Source: Schmidtea polychroa
Lineage: Eukaryota
Direction: 5' to 3'
DNA: 64,000 nt
NCBI GenBank assembly: GCA_044892525.1
Contig: CM097885.1
Location: 13,146,001 to 13,210,000 of the forward strand
Part shown: positions 1 through 13,209 of the stretch, in pieces
Layout: each line of letters opens with the position of its first letter
Position numbering within the stretch: position 1 is the first letter of the stretch
Translations under genes and position numbers: made by a program
The notes under the pieces: model-generated
Database searches by the model: none
What the model saw: the letters and a program-made list of their open reading frames with translations, nothing else
Told to the model about the DNA's origin: nothing

Positions 1-391
1 AGAAAGGTGCGTTGGAGGTCAGTTATCTAAGGATAGGATAACTTTGTTATTTTGTGCAAGTATGGAAGGTGAAAAATTGCCTCCATTAATAATTGGAAAA
101 TCAAAAAATCCCCGATGTTTTAAAAATGTTGATATTACTTCCCTAAATTATAAAAACAATCAGAATGCATGGATGACGTCAATACTTTTTTTCAAATTGG
201 ATTGTGTCATGGGATTCTAAATTAAGAAGTATTGGAAGAAATATTATTTAACTGAGTTTTTTTTCAAAAAATAAATGTGTTAGTTAGTAAAATTTTTTAA
301 ATATTTTTAAAATTATCCTTATTAAAAAGTATCGGTTATAGAGAACATTTTTTCAAGTCCCAAAAATGTTCTCTTTAAGCGGTATCTACTG
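1..391 (+). mobile_element. Tigger/pogo (TcMar) transposon 3' remnant with DDE_1 fragment and right TIR
   Basis: Bases ~62-180 translate as MEGEKLPPLIIGKSKNPRCFKNVDITSLNYKNNQNAWMTS, a Tigger/CENP-B DDE motif. The element ends ...ttaagcggtatctactg followed by TA (392-393). Confidence 0.8.
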
Positions 392-566
392 TAGTAGATT
401 TTTAAATTTGTTTAACTATATTGTATTTTAAAACGTTGTGATTTTAACTGTAATTTTAGTGAATTTTCTCAAATTAATATTAAAATTTTTATTAAAAATT
501 ATATTTTACTGCAAAAAAATATATTTTCAGCATATATTGGAAATGCGAAACCGAAATGCTACAAAG

Positions 567-1169
567 CAAGGGTGTCCAACACGCGGCCGTGTAGCTCAAA
601 GTAAAATTAAAAAAGTAATATTTTTCACAAAAAATCTCGAAAATTCTTAAAGAAAAAAGAAGAAGAAGCTCCTTCATACCCGGCATTGATTTATTGATTT
701 CAAAAAGGTCTGTCAAAGTTCCCATTAAAAATGAATTAATATTTTTTTAATAAAAAATTTCATTTAACACATTACAGTCCGTGGCACATATTTGTGCGTT
801 TTATAAAACTGAAAGTAAAGTCCGTGTGCACATATTTGTGCTTTACAATTAATTTTAGAAAATTATATATTATGTATATACTTGTTAGTTGTTACTACTT
901 CATATTTACAATATTTCTGTACATGTTTCGCTGATTTATATTATTTGTCCGCGGACTGTAATGTACGCAACTTTTGTATTTTTTTTGACAATAAATATAG
1001 CAATTATTAATTATTATGGTGTTTTTTATTATCCAGATTCTATCGGTTGTAATCACAGTTACAAAATAATGGTAATAAAGATTGCCAAAAAATATTCGTA
1101 TTTAAGTGGCCCAATTTTTTTTGCAAAATTTTATATGGTCCAAAGTGTCAAACTGTTTAGACGCCCCTG
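567..1169. mobile_element. Degenerate hAT-type MITE
   Basis: Ends are caagggtgtccaac and gtttagacgcccctg (reverse complement caggggcgtctaaac). Flanking 8-mers ctacaaag/atataaag match 6/8. Confidence 0.55.
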
Positions 1170-2257
1170 ATATAAAGTTTATTAATAAATTTCAAAGAAT
1201 TTTTGATTTTTTCATAATAATGAATTGGTAAAAACAAGATTAATATTATATTTGAAAATTATTATTTTAAATTCTATTTAATTAAAACAAATTTTAGAAA
1301 GAGAATTTTAAATGAAAAATTAGAGAATTTGAAATATCTATCGAAGACAATATAAATCATTATTTGACATTTTTAATTAATTTTAATAAATTAATTTAAT
1401 TAATTCGAATTTTATTCACTAAATTTACCTCATTTGAAATAAAGTTAGATTTCATTTGGCTATATCAATTAGCTATGAAAATCCTATTTTAGTCTTTAAC
1501 CCATGCGAAAAGGATAGTTATTATAATTTTATATACTTATAACAATAAAATTACACTTATAATTAATAAAAATAATTTTTTTAATATTCTAATTACTTTC
1601 TCTGCTAAACAATAAACATTCTCACCGTAATTGGTATTAATGGTATCAAAGGGTAGAGATGTTTATAAAAATTGTTTCAAAATAGAACCATGTTTGTATA
1701 CCCCCATTCGGCTCTGACTTAGGCTCTTTTTGATTCCCATCAAATAATAATTTGTTTATTTCTTATCAAAAGTGGATGAATTTTAGAGATTTATAATTCG
1801 TTTGATTTGTTGCAATCTCCTTTATAAATTGGTACTTTCGATTTACAAGGAAAAACCTTTTTAATTTAATTTCCTTTCTCATCAAACCCTTTGAAGTAAT
1901 TTACATATATATAGATTGTTGGAAACAAAATAATCATCAATACAAATTGAAATTTATTAATAATAGTAAAATTTAATAATTAGTAATAGAAATTAATTAA
2001 TAGACATGAATAATAAAATTAAATAAATAATAATAAAATTTCTTAAATTTATATGACCTAGTTGAGTGTGACCTAGTTTATTTAAATAGGCTTTTTTTAT
2101 GTGTGTCATATACATGACATACTTTATTTTTGTGTAACCTAATAAGATATTGCGACCTAATTTTAAATTTAATTAATAACTTACTTTATTTGATAGGATT
2201 TTTATTGTATGTGTCGGTTATAATTATTACTTGAAATATTTGTAATAATTATTATTA

Positions 2258-2397
<140 letters not shown>

Positions 2398-2617
2398 GTA
2401 CTAACTTTTTGATCAAAATAACTCAGAACCCAACAAATAATAATATTTATTTCAAATTACAAAATTGCACAATCAATAAACTGACAAGATTTGTACAACT
2501 ATTTTTCTAAATAAAAGTTTTCATCATTTTTATTTAACAAAAATTCTTTTATTCGTTATATAATATCTGAGTTCTTGCTTCTCTATAGTTTTCTTCTCGG
2601 TACTCGATACTTTAGAC

Positions 2618-4214
2618 CAGGGCTGGACTGGAAGCACACATTTAGGCCCGGGAAATATCGGTGACACATTCTCACAACATTAAATTTTAGGAAAAAAAAT
2701 TCAAAAAGTACATTAGTAATTTATAAACATATTTATTATAATAATAAGAGTTTTTTTAATAATTGCAACAAAAATCAATTAAATTAATAATTAAAAAAAA
2801 TTTATTAATTAAACAAGTTTTTTTTAATATTTCATTTTTTTCTCTCATTATATCAATTACTCTATTATTGTCAATGTTATTTAGAATATCTTTTTCACAC
2901 GCCAAATGTTTTTGACTTAAACAATTTCTGAGTCGATTTAAAATATATTTTAACTTTGAAAAATATTTCTCACAAGATGCTTGTGTCGATGATAAAGTGA
3001 TAGCAAATTTGTACGCTAAAGATAAATTTGAGTATGCTAGTGTTCCAGATGAAATTTTTGCAAAACTGTATAACAGCATACAATACAATTTCTGCATGAT
3101 TTGCATGATATTATAACATCCATTATAACTGTGAGGTCTTTTCAGCTGAGAGTTAAATATTTCATAAAATTATTAAGATAATAAATAATTGACTATTTAA
3201 AATAACTTTGAAAATAATTTTTAAACTGAAATTTTTAAATTAAACAAACTTTTTAACTTGATCATTTTTAAATAAATATATTTTAAATATCGAAATTTTA
3301 ATAAATGGTTTTTTGAAATATTTTATTCAACGCTGAAAATTTGTTTGGGAATTATACAATATTTCATTAAATAAATACTTGGAATTACGATGTTAACTTT
3401 TGAACCGGATTTTAAAAATAATTTAGAAGATGTTTTAGTCGCTTCTAATAGTAACATTATATACACTTATACAAAATCTATCGTTAGAATTATCCGTTCT
3501 ATTTCTTTTATTTGTTTGACATAACATTGTTTCAATTTGAATTTCGATTTCTCTCTTTTCTAGTTCTTCATTTGCAGGCAAAAGCAAAATTTACTGCTGC
3601 TTGATATACAGTATCAAAATCTCTTTGAATTTTAAAATTATTTTCAGCCGTATTTTCTACCACATCAAATGCAATTGCAATATCCATACCTGATGTTTGT
3701 AAGTATGATGACAAAGGTGTTGTTTCTTCAAATATTCGTAAAAATATTTGAGCTGTTAAAATAATATCGAATTTTAGAAACGCGGTCAAAATAGTGTTTC
3801 CTCGATGTCTAATTTCTTTGTTAAACTTTTCGGATATAGAGATTTCAATGAAAGTCTGCAGAATATCGACGAAAAATATAATTCCAGATGTACTTTTAAA
3901 TGTACCAAACATTTTTCTTAATGTCTTATTTTTGACCCACCAACGTGTTTCTCCAAGAGTAGAAATAAATTTAAATTTACTAAATTTTCGCCATACATTG
4001 AATCGTTTAGAAAATTCTTTTAAAAATCCGCACATGTATTTAAGATACCATATAGTGAGATGGCTTCTTTTGTCAACCATTGAGTTAAATTGAAATAGAA
4101 AGAAGTAACAATTGTAAAAATTTAATTTCATTTCATTAAAAAAAATAAAAAACTTGACTATATTTGTAAGCCTTCTGGAATATCCCGGGATCCCGGTGGG
4201 CCAGTCCAGCACTG
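2618..4214 (-). mobile_element. Internally deleted hAT transposon (Tip100/ZMYM1-like transposase remnants)
   Basis: TIRs cagggctggactgg / ccagtccagcactg match 13/14; TSD ctttagac/cttgagac matches 7/8. ORF fragments carry TLGETRWW, FEETTPLSSYLQ and the dimerisation motif TQASCEKYFSKLKYILNRLRN. Confidence 0.9.
3139..3450 (+). repeat. ~310-350 bp AT-rich interspersed repeat, copy 1 (nested in the hAT transposase)
   Basis: Runs ttttcagctgag...gcttctaata and aligns by eye with 4388-4737 (inverted) and 59993-60956. Confidence 0.85.
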
Positions 4215-4387
4215 CTTGAGACTGTAATTCTAAATCTATTTTTAGAAAAATAAATTATTATTAGTTTTGTTTGGGTTCTTCTAGAGTGGCGCAAAAGAAA
4301 TTTAATATGCAAATCGATAAAATTCCAAAACTTTTAAAAATTCAGAATTAATAAATTATTTAAATATTTGAAAATTAAAATTAACGT

Positions 4388-4737
4388 TATTAGAAGCTGC
4401 TATAACATCTTCTAAATTATTTTTTAAATCAAGTTCAAAAGATATCGTCATAATTCCAAGTATTTATTTTAATGAAATATTGTATAATTTTCAAAAAAAT
4501 TTTCAGCTTGAATAAAATATTTTAAAAATAATTTATTAAAATTTTCGATATTTAAAATGTATTTATTTAAAAATTATTTATTTAAAATTTATTTAAAAAA
4601 CATATTTATTTAAAATTTATCTTTAACAAAACCTCTTTTTAACTTAAAAATTATTTAAAACTTATTTTAATAGTCTATTATTTATCATTTAATATTATCT
4701 TAATAAATCATTGAAATATTTAATTCTCAGCTGAAAA
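4388..4737 (-). repeat. AT-rich interspersed repeat, copy 2
   Basis: Reverse complement matches copy 1 (tattagaagc...ctcagctgaaaa). Confidence 0.85.
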
Positions 4738-5459
4738 ACGTATTTTGGGTGAAACATGTACTGATGGCAAACAATGAGACGAATACAAATGTATTAAAAT
4801 CAAATCAGTTGATGGTCACTAGAAAAGATATTCAAAAAATTAAAATTAAATAAATAATTTATTAGCTTTATGAAAACCCGAGTGATAAATGAGAAAATAA
4901 TGTAGCAGCTCTTTTTCAAAATTCTGTAAAATTTATTGAATGTGAAAAAATTTGGGTAATCGAAGTAGTAAATGAAATTAAATTTTAAAAATTTCACTAT
5001 CAAGAGATGTTAGAAAATAAATTTCTTCAGTTGACGATCCCTAATAGTATTAGTTAGTTAGAAGAACGGGAACAATAAATCGTGCAGATATCATGAATCA
5101 TGTCAAAATGTTTTATAGGAACTGCATAGTTTATTTAGAATAGCGGATGGAACATTACAATGATATTGAACATTTAAATTGAGTTGCATTAAAACAAAAA
5201 TTTAATTGGAAAAATGTGCAAAAGGCTAAAGGTAATCGGATGCACTTGTAACCAGTTTCTGTTTATCGACTAATTTTTTAGTCCACAGATGTTTTTTTTT
5301 ATTTTTCAAATACCATGTTTACAAGTTTACGGATTTTCTGCGGCCAAGCTATTAAGCAAGTTATGTGATTTTCAGTGTACCATGGAAAGTATGCAATATA
5401 GCTGAATCAGCAATATTGTATACTTACCTAACGTCGAGACCAATCTAAGCGTCTCATGT

Positions 5460-5501
5460 ATAGTACTGATGAGATTCAAAATCTCGAAACTAGTCTACTA
5501 T
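5460..5501 (+). ncRNA. Minimal type I hammerhead ribozyme motif
   Basis: atagta-CTGATGA-gattcaaaatctc-GAAA-ctag-TC-tactat. It has a 6-bp helix I, both catalytic boxes, a palindromic helix III tetraloop and a GUC cleavage triplet. A (TTA)n tract follows ~40 nt later. Confidence 0.7.
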
Positions 5502-5554
5502 TGGGATTTGCACTGGATATCACAAAGCTTGTGCTGTTTATATTATTTATTATA

Positions 5555-5605
<51 letters not shown>

Positions 5606-5801
5606 AAATTAAAATAAACATTTATTAATATTTGATACCCTACTGTATATCATGTATTTTTTTCTTTAATTAATTTTCGTTTTAATGTATTCAAGCGAAA
5701 TCAGAGGCAGTATTAATTAATATATAAAATTTGTAATAATGATAATAAATTTAATTGATTTAATTTATATTTATAGATAAAATCGATAAAATTTAATTTT
5801 A

Positions 5802-5865
<64 letters not shown>

Positions 5866-6601
5866 GTTATTATATTCATAGAATTTCCTATAAATAAAAT
5901 AAATTATTTATTTGTCTTATTTTTATTTGTTTGAACAATAAATAATTTTTATTATGCTTGAAAGTCAATTAAAAATGATTTGTTAGTCTCTTTGATAAAT
6001 GAATCTTCATCAAATATTTATTGTCAACTTCCGCTTTCAAATTTTCTTACAGTTAAATTCATTTATTTTAAAATTATCACCAAAAAATCATGCAAAAATT
6101 AATTAACAGTAATATAATTATTAATTATAAATTAAAATAGTATTTCTTCTAAAAATATATTACTGATGATTAGAAAGTAGACTAAATATTTTAATAATTA
6201 TTGATTTTTTAACTTTCAGTATTTTCACTGGGCTGACCAATATTTTTTTAATGTTTTATAAATTCTTCCGAAAAAATGATGTTTGTTTATATTTCCTTAT
6301 CATAGATAAAATATTTTATTTTTAATTTGTACATTTTTTGTTTAAATAACATAGTTTGCAGACGATTGCTCGAATTAACTGCATTCTTGGCAATTTTTTT
6401 AAGTTTTCAATTAATGAAATAACTTTTTAATGTGACTTTAATAATAACAATAATTATTTATAATAATATTCTCAATTTCCAAATACAATTTAGCCTGGAT
6501 CGGAATAATTTATGTGAATCAGTGAAAGAAACAATCCATGGAGTATTAAAAAAAGAGAAAAAAAAGAAAGGCCATAGCAACTCTATCTATTTCTTGTTAC
6601 C

Positions 6602-6666
6602 AGGGACGGATCTACATATGGGCTAATAGGGCTATAGTCCTGGGCCCATATCCGCAAGGGGCCCCA
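6602..6666 (+). mobile_element. Isolated hAT-type terminal sequence
   Basis: cagggacggatctac...gggctatagtcctgggccc...aaggggcccc is a typical GC-rich hAT end. The partner end was not found. Confidence 0.55.
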
Positions 6667-6682
6667 ACCTCTCGGGCATATA

Positions 6683-6752
6683 CTGTATATACTCGCGTAT
6701 AAGTCCAGAAATTTACGTCAAATTTTTATGTCAAAATAGCCACTTCGACTTA
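6683..6752 (+). mobile_element. pogo/Tc2-like TIR end
   Basis: TA followed by ctgtatatactcgcgtataagtc...cttcgactta resembles TACCGTATATACTCGAGTATAAG-type TIRs. Confidence 0.55.
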
Positions 6753-7483
6753 GCCTTGAGTCAATAAAAAATTAAATTAACTTTTCAAGTTTTTTTAATC
6801 ACATTTATTTATATTAAATAATATTCCAGTAATTGAGAATGGATTATTTCATAATAATTAAATTAATTTTGAATTAGCTTATTTTATTACTAAAGATCGA
6901 AACACAAAAAATTTAAAACACAAATTTACTAATATTTATTAAAAATCAACAAAAAATAATATATAACATTAAAACGTGATTAATTTTCATCACTTAATCA
7001 CCTCAAGGAACGATCAAGGTTATTTTTATTAACCGGTGGTGATAAGACGCAGCTGCAGAAACAAATAATGACCGTATTGTAAATACAGGTTCTCGGCTAA
7101 GTATTATTTGGTTGACCATTTGATCAGTATTTGAGAGTGCTGCTATGTAAATATTAACTAGTTTTGTTACGATAAACTAAGAAAAGACATTTGCCGCTTC
7201 ATTCGCCCAATAAATGAACTCGCATTGTTTCTGGGCTATACTTCAAATTGCATTATTTCGACTATCTTAGTTCGCAGTTGACCCTTGACCTCGAACTTAT
7301 ATAGAGCGTAGAGGACTAGAGGTATTCTTAAAACTTGTTTATTTTAATAATTTAATAATTTTGGTGCTAGGTGCTAGTATTTTAAATAGTGTTTCTTAGA
7401 TTAGTATTAGAATTAAAATTTAATTTCTCACCAATAAGTGCTTAAATAACAGTAATTTTGCTTAGGTTGATTTTTAATAAATA

Positions 7484-8490
7484 CAGTCGTTTCCGCTTAA
7501 TTGAGACACTACCAAATTGGGACAACATTCCGCTTAATTGGGACAGTAAATTTAAGATCACAGCACATATTATGTTACACATATTCTCAAGAAAAAATAT
7601 GTACAGTCGATTCCGCTTAATTGGGACACATCGGGACTTGGGCATTTTGTCCCAATTAAGCGAATTTTACATTTTTTTTAATTCATTGATTTGGTTTTGG
7701 CAATTAAGGCCATTAACCAGTAATACACACATAGAATTAAACAATGCATATTTTTTTTCAATAATTTTATTTTATAAACTCTTGGAAACTGTAAATTACA
7801 TATAGGTAATATAAATTATCATATTAATTACAAATAAACTTTTAAGAAAAAAAAATTTATTTAAAATAATAAATGAGTAGGTACTTACAATTTAATTCAA
7901 TGCAAAATGAGTCAAGTGTAGCCTGTCTTTTGTTTTTGTAACATTTCACTTGTAAAAAATCAGCACAGATATTCAGTACGGATGTAGGGCTCCCCTCATT
8001 TCCTTCCTGCATAAAATAACACGGCCATACATTTTTTTGCCTCCTGGTTAGTCACAGGCAAAGGTGATTCATCATCATCATCGTCATCTTCGTCTAATTT
8101 TTCATGTTTTAATTTAATACCTTCTACAATTGAATCCTCACAGTCTTCATTATCATCGTAACATGGTAAATTGTTATCGATTGTTGAAAATTCTTCATAA
8201 TTAATAATAGCAACTTGCAACGTATCCTCATTTTCTTCATTGCTTAAAATTTCAGAAATATCTAAGGGTATAAAACCGCAATTAGTAAAACAGTTCTGTA
8301 TTGTGGCGGTTTTTATAGTTCTCCAACTGTCAGCGACAAGCTGTATTGCTTGCAAAAGGGAATGTTTTGAACTAATCTCTCTGGCTGTTGTGGAACTTGT
8401 TAATAAATTTTCATCAGTGGATTCTAATATGTAATTAACCAATTTTCCACGATACAAAGTCTGAATTCTTGCTGTAACCATTTATAATTT
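7484..8490 (-). mobile_element. Tigger/pogo transposon 3' part with two tandem TIR ends (7484 and 7604)
   Basis: TA-cagtcgtttccgcttaattgagacac and TA-cagtcgattccgcttaattgggacac. ORF 7996-8481 (LLQAIQLVADSWRTIKTATIQNCFTNCGF) is a TIGD-like C-terminus. Confidence 0.85.
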
Positions 8491-8499
8491 TCAGATCCT

Positions 8500-9640
8500 G
8501 ATGTTAATTGTGTCCAATTTTCTTTTTTCATTAATAATTTTAGCTCCTCCTGAAGAGTAAGACTATCTGTTGCGAATTGTCTAGTTTTCTCGGTATTTTG
8601 TTGATTTTCCAAAACTTGCAGTTCATGCTACCCGAAGAGGCGTGAGGTGGAATTTCCTGTGAAAGATATTATATATGTTGATGGAATGTTTGAAGGATCT
8701 TTTAGACATTTTATTCCTTATTTCATTTGTGCGTATTTTGTTGTTCTCGTACAACTCTAAACTAATGCTGCTTTTTAAATTCGATGGCTTGATGAGCATA
8801 GATTCGACTATGGGTTCGGCAGTTAGTAATGTTGAATTTTCAAGACTTAATGTTTTAACAGCAACCTTGGTGGGTTCCATAGCATTTTATAGCATCAACA
8901 AACCATCAAAGTCAATTTGTTGATAATAATCAGTGAATTGAGTTCAGCAAAGGTTTCAAGAAGACACCTTTTTTGTTGTTATCAATGATGCGATCATGAC
9001 CGTAAAAGAATTCCAGCAATGTTTGACATCTAAATCAAGTTCGATTTGATTACCAAATTCAGCAAATTTTGATTTCTGACTGTAGAATGTTTAATGAATT
9101 TGACAATAATCTTCTTATTTTCATATATTTGTGATTAATTGCTGCACCATCTTGTCTAGATCCAACTATGTCCTGTTCAAGAATGATGCCGAACATTTCT
9201 AAGCGATCTTTAAGTTTTGATGCCATTGTCTCTGCATTACATAATCCAAAAATACGAACTATAACTGTTTTATTAGTTTTCTTATTCACGCCATCATGTA
9301 AATTTATGCCGAACTATGGTATATTCGTCTACTGTCGTGCTTAACTTTCTGCCTTTTTCAGTTTTAAACTTGATCTTCTCAATAAATTTGAGTTTCCTTT
9401 CCTCAAAGTCTTCGTGGAGTAACTTCATTGCGCCAGTTTCGTTTTGCGATACCTTGAATTCATCATTTTATATTACTTATTTCTTGTTATTGTTCTAATT
9501 GAAATTCAGTCTGTTGCAATATTTGAGATAATTTCCTTAAGACTTTTTCTTAACCTTTTATTCAATTTCCGCGCATTCAATTTCGTCCTGTGGAGCTGCG
9601 CTTCAATTAATACCATGCCTACTTTTTAAATGACGTTCTA
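8500..9640 (-). pseudogene. Degraded hAT-like transposase fragments
   Basis: Minus-strand pieces STTVDEYT, QDIVGSRQDGAAINHK, LDVKHCWNSF (cf. LDVxTRWNS) and MEPTKVAVKTLSLENSTLLTAE, broken by frameshifts and stops. Confidence 0.65.
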
Positions 9641-9750
9641 AAGTAGTTGCAGAACCTCCGGAGCATTTACCTTGTTTCCTCAAAAATAAGACCACTTCGA
9701 AAATAAGACACTATAACTTTTATAGAACTGTTGAAGTGGTAAATACGTTA

Positions 9751-10694
9751 CACCCAATTCCGAAATTTAATAACTTCTATAATTCACGTTGGTGTGCACA
9801 CCAGTTGAGTGAGTCACCATTTACGTGATAATGAAGTTATTAAATTTCATTTATTCAATAATTTATTAGCAACAAAAATGGTTTTCAGGTAATTTTTTTA
9901 ATTTCAAGTATATTTTAAGACTTGAATTTTGATTTTATATAATTATGAGATCATTATTCAAGTTCTTAAATATTACTGTTAGTCATCATCTATAATATAA
10001 TATATTAATAATTAAATTTCAGGTGTTTTTAGGAAATTTATGATATTTTATGCATTAATATGGAATTATTTCGCTAAAATGTAAGTTAGCTATTTTTATA
10101 TTTATAAATAAATAAAGTAATCACCAAACACATTTATTTTTTTAAGACATTTAGGAAAAAATCGGCGTACATGAATGAAATAGTTTTTTAAATTTTTATA
10201 ATCTTCTTTCTGCAGCTCATTTTCGATGGCTTTTTTCTTTCTGTAAATCAAAAGATCTCGAAGGACCTTCAATATTTGAAATGCTGCCTTCACACATACT
10301 ATAAAATATTTTAATATTTTGTAATTTAATGAATAAAACTTACATTGTATTTTCTTCTTTTTCCCTAAAGCTCAAGGTAGAGCTGTCGGAATCTAAATTA
10401 AAAGTATTTTCTTGCATTTTTTAATAATTTTAAAATAATTATATTTTAACAATATGTTAACAGTTATTTATTTCGGAACAAAAACCTATATAAGAATTTT
10501 GCATGCATTTTTCATTATGTGTTTTGTGTTGGTGTGTTCAGTTATTTTTCTCTCACCTTCACAAAACCTATAATAAAGTTTCTAAATTTCGGAACAATAA
10601 ATTTCTAACCACAGGTAAGTTTGTATGTTCCTATAATATATATTTATTGATTTTTTTTTAGATTATAGAAGTTATTAAATTTCGGAATTAGGTG
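9751..10694 (-). mobile_element. Tc1/mariner-type MITE, 944 bp, copy A
   Basis: 33-bp TIR cacc(c/t)aattccgaaatttaataacttctataat matches 32/33, with TA on both sides. Confidence 0.92.
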
Positions 10695-11519
10695 TATACG
10701 GAGCTGATTTGCATGATTAATATAGCCTCCATTATGTACGTTGGTCAATCCTAAGTTTAATCATCGCGTCTGTGTGCGTTTTGTTTTCTGAATTTGGATT
10801 TTTATTTGTGCGCACACAGACGCGAACAATGTGTTTTTTGCGGTTTTGTGACTTAATTTTTAATTGCTTGAATTTGTTTTAAAAAGTGGAATTTGGAGTT
10901 TTTTCAAGTTTTTTAATTTGTGTAAATAAATGTTTTTGAGATTTTGTTGTTTTAAAAAGATTTGAAAGTGACTTGCAATTTATGAAAAATTTCTAAACGA
11001 AATTTGGAATATGAAGATTTTAACGATTGGAAAATATCAAAGATTATTGAACATAGCGATTTCATTATTTACTCACTTTTGTTGTTCTTTGAAGAGAATT
11101 ATATGACAACCGAAACTAATGATACTTCCAAAATGTTTTATAATATTTCTTGTAAGAATGAATCTAATGGAGCTGAACTTTATAATATATTACCTGAAAA
11201 CATAATTTCTAATTCACAATGGATCTGAATCTACGCTGACAAACAACCATACGAATATATGAAGTAAAAATCACGAAATGCAGGATTACCCACTTTCTCT
11301 TGGTTGCTGTAAAGGCTGAAACAAGTGATTTGTTTTTGTCTTTGACTTTTATTTGAGTACACCTAATTCCAAATATATAAGAGTTTCTTATTTACTTCAT
11401 TTATTCAATTTTATAAATGGTTTTCCAGTTTTTATATAAAGACCTGCACCAATCAGAATAGATATATCTTAGTGGAAACTCAGAATTGTGTGTGCGTGTG
11501 TATAAGAGTTAAATATATA

Positions 11520-12265
11520 CACCAGAAACCACTCCCATATAGTTTGTATAATATTGGTTAGTGTACACACCAATTGGTCTACAATTGGTGACTCACGATT
11601 AGATGAATTTCATTTTTCATGAAATTTATTTTATCCTTTTTAGAAATAGCTTTCAGGTAAGATTTTTAATTTTAAGTAAATTTTAAGGTTCGAATTTTGA
11701 TTTTATATGATTATGAGATCATTATTCAAGTTCTTAAATATTACTTTTAGATAAAATTTGTATTATAAATTATTTTTAATGAATTTTCAGGTTTTTTAGG
11801 AATTTTATGAAATTTATTATAGAATTATTTTGGAATTATTTTGATATAATGTAAGTCAGATATATTTTTAATTATAATTAAATAATCACCAAAAATATTT
11901 ATTTTTCAAAAACATTTCGGGAAAAATCGCCGAGTATGAATAAAATAATTTTTCAGATTTTTTATATTCTTTACTAAGGTCTTTTTTCAGGAAATAGCAT
12001 CAAAGTTTTCAGCCATATTTTTTTACTTCAAAATTGTCTCAGTGGCGCATTTCTATATATCAAAAGTTTGCATGCATTTTTAGTATGTGTTGTGTTTGTG
12101 TGCAGTATTTAATTTTCTACCACTTTTTAGATTTCAATAGTGTAAGGTGTATTTCATTGCACTATCAATGAGAACATCAGGGTGAAATCAAAGCAAGTTT
12201 GTATAATGTAAGATTATTGTTTTTTTTCTTATAATATAGGAAACGTATATCAGCAGTTTCTGGTG
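11520..12265 (-). mobile_element. Tc1/mariner-type MITE, sister family of the 944-bp element
   Basis: TA-caccagaaac...gtttctggtg-TA. The body shares long blocks with 9751-10694, e.g. gattatgagatcattattcaagttcttaaatattact. Confidence 0.8.
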
Positions 12266-12451
12266 TATCGCTTCTTATCACTTCCTATCCTACAGCAGCA
12301 AAATAAATGGCTAATAAATCACATGGCTTATAGATTCACACTTTTTCATAAGTGTTCTAATGACGTGCAAAAAGCTTCGATGATAATTTATTCCTTTTAG
12401 AATTTCATAATGTTAACTTTGTTGAGGTTTTAAAAGTAAATTATTAAATTA

Positions 12452-13106
12452 TATTATAACCCGAGCTAATGGGAAACCCGAGCCAATGGAGAACCCGAGC
12501 GATGAAGAAAACCCGAGCACCGCAATTTGGAAAGGTAAACAAACGAGGAATTCAGAGGGCATAATCCAAACAGCCGGATAAACGAGGGTAAACAAAAGAA
12601 GGGGAACTACGAAGATAGTCAACAGAAATAGCTAATTAGGGAATGATAACCAAAGAAGTCAAAACCAATTAGGTTAAAAATGGGGCAATTACAATGATTA
12701 TGGGAGTATATAAAGAAACTCAAAATTCACATAAAGGGCGGTAGCCTTAGGTAGGGAAGAAGAAACAGACGATAGGATTTCGAGGAATAAAATAGAAGAA
12801 AAGAATTATAAGAGGAATCGAAGAGTTGGAAAGGAATATTAAGAGTTCGAATCAGAGAGAGGAATTAAGCAAAAAGGTGAAACTTATTTTTAAATTGTAC
12901 AAGGTTGAAACCTTCCAGAGCGGAGTCCGATCTGAAATTGTGTGAGAATTGCGGTAATTAATTGTTGAGAGTTGTAAATTTTTATAAAACAAATATACGT
13001 TTGGAGTTTGTGTTTATTTATTTTGGAACACGTGGAGTCAGAGTAACCAACGGTTGATTTTGATATCATAAAACCCAACATATATTTTTGGTGAGTCCGA
13101 CGTGAT
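12452..13106 (+). mobile_element. LTR retrotransposon 5' LTR plus tRNA-Trp-type primer-binding site
   Basis: Begins with acccgagc repeats and ends cccaaca (13080). TGGTGAGTCCGACGTGAT follows at 13089-13106, 16/18 to the tRNA-Trp PBS TGGTGACCCCGACGTGAT. Confidence 0.75.
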
Positions 13107-13209
13107 CAAACGTTGGTGGGCGAATATTGAATAGTGAAAAGAGCTGAAGAAAATTAAAGTAATAAAAATTTGAATAAAATTTGAAATCGGGAAAATTGAA
13201 AGAGGTAGT

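Noticed and set aside
6160..6190. CTGATGA-tta-GAAA hammerhead-like word
   Set aside because: No helix II and no proper UH site; likely chance.
12460..12520. Short spaced acccgagc repeats as a CRISPR-like array
   Set aside because: The repeats are only 8-10 nt, the context is eukaryotic with no cas genes, and they belong to an LTR U3.
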